From Callorhinchus milii (lineage: Eukaryota), in NCBI RefSeq assembly GCF_018977255.1, contig NW_024704743.1, positions 86,120,001-86,184,000 on the forward strand: a stretch of 64,000 nt of DNA, in the 5' to 3' direction. Every line of letters begins with the position of its first letter. Position 1 is the stretch's first letter. Made by a program: the position numbers and the translations under genes. Below the pieces are notes generated by a model. That model ran no database searches and was not told where the DNA came from. It saw only the letters and a list, made by a program, of their open reading frames with translations. Shown here one piece after another: positions 62,584 to 64,000 of this stretch.

Positions 62584-63746
62584 ACCAAAATTTCCTGGCT
62601 GACAAGTACCCACCAACACTACTCCTGAGTAGGACCAGTTTGAGGGATCTGGGGCACTAAACTAGATCACATTTTGGAGACCTTCGTACTAACCAGGCAA
62701 AATATGCAACAATTTTTTTTTGTGGATGACAGACATAGCAACGTAGCAAGACATTTTAAGAGCGTGTAAAGTTGTAATTGACATGATTGATAAAAGCGGA
62801 TAAAAAAGCTGATTTACCTATCATTTCCAAGACAAAATGTCACAAGAACATCAGCAATGGGGGGGTTTGCACATCAATAATGTTGTTAATATTGACAGAT
62901 GGGTAGACAACCAGTCAACAGCGATTTTAAAATGACCTGAGAGAATACAGAATCATAGAATGCTACAGTTTAGAAAAAGACCACGCAGCTCATCAAATCT
63001 GCATTGATGCATTACTTCTCTCAACCAGCACATAGAAACATATGTATACATAATATCTATGTAATAATAACATGCCCCCCAATTTTTTGTGGAAAAGCAA
63101 GCGCAAAACATTCCTTTCCTGTTCCAAATCACTGTTTGGGAGCCCAGTCAGCCGTGTAAAGTACTTTGAGGCATCCTCCCGATGTGAAAGGTGTTATAGA
63201 AATATAAATTGTGTTGTTTTATTGCATTGTAAAACTCTAATGTATATTACCAGGCTTTCCATTTTTTGTTGTTTGAACAAAGTCCCCAAATTGACAGCTC
63301 TATCAATCTCTGTTGAATTTTCCATGGCTATTGCAGTAACTTTAATGTTGTGCCCCCTCCCTCCCCTCCATCTAATTTTATAGCTTCCCTTATATTTTGT
63401 TTTGGATTTTGGATGACCTAATTACCATATAATTGAGAAAGAAAGTGAATCACTGGCTAGTAATTACTATATCATATTGAATTCTTTCTTACATGGTCAG
63501 CACTAGGAAAGGACAAACTATCTATTTTCAGGGTCAAGACATGCCCAATCTGAGGTAAGTGTCTGTCTTAAATCTTGAAAGCCAAAATTTGAGTCAAGCC
63601 ACATAAAACAGAACTGAAAATCTTGCTGGCAAAAACACTAGAGAGAAAGGAGGATTGTGAATTAAGGTTGCGGTCAGATCTGGTTGGTCATTCGTACACT
63701 CAGCCCCGACCGTCACTGTAAACTCAACTCCGTCAATTGCTTGCTT

Positions 63747-63934
<188 letters not shown>

Positions 63935-64000
63935 ATGTTGCATTACTTTCTTTTCTTCCTCCTTTCTTTTGTTTTCTTTTCTTCACGAATCTTTCCTTCC

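Overview
Eukaryotic (vertebrate) genomic DNA. The repeat landscape (CR1 and L2 LINEs, Deu-type tRNA SINEs, a Penelope-like fragment) points to a cartilaginous fish; this is inferred, not proven. The only host gene is the 3' half of eif3e (INT6, eIF3 subunit E) on the + strand. Four GT-AG coding exons (1353-1462, 19989-20091, 26809-26943, 38864-38899) splice in frame to [15 protein letters not shown]...APWAAQDSGFY*, with AATAAA at 39235. The rest is intron or intergenic DNA dense in decayed retroelements, including one near full-length CR1 (~42170-46188), and almost every ORF in the track is a TE remnant or spurious. The best unexplained signals are a 145-bp insertion with a 15-bp TSD carrying a minimal hammerhead ribozyme fold (49017-49161), three NF-kB-like decamers at exact 13-bp spacing (14431-14466), an inverted 70-bp self-copy inside the CR1 ORF2, a ~33-bp TSD around an L2, and two perfect palindromes with 3-nt spacers. 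I found no convincing novel protein-coding system. Repeat boundaries are approximate (read by eye) and family names come from recalled consensus features.
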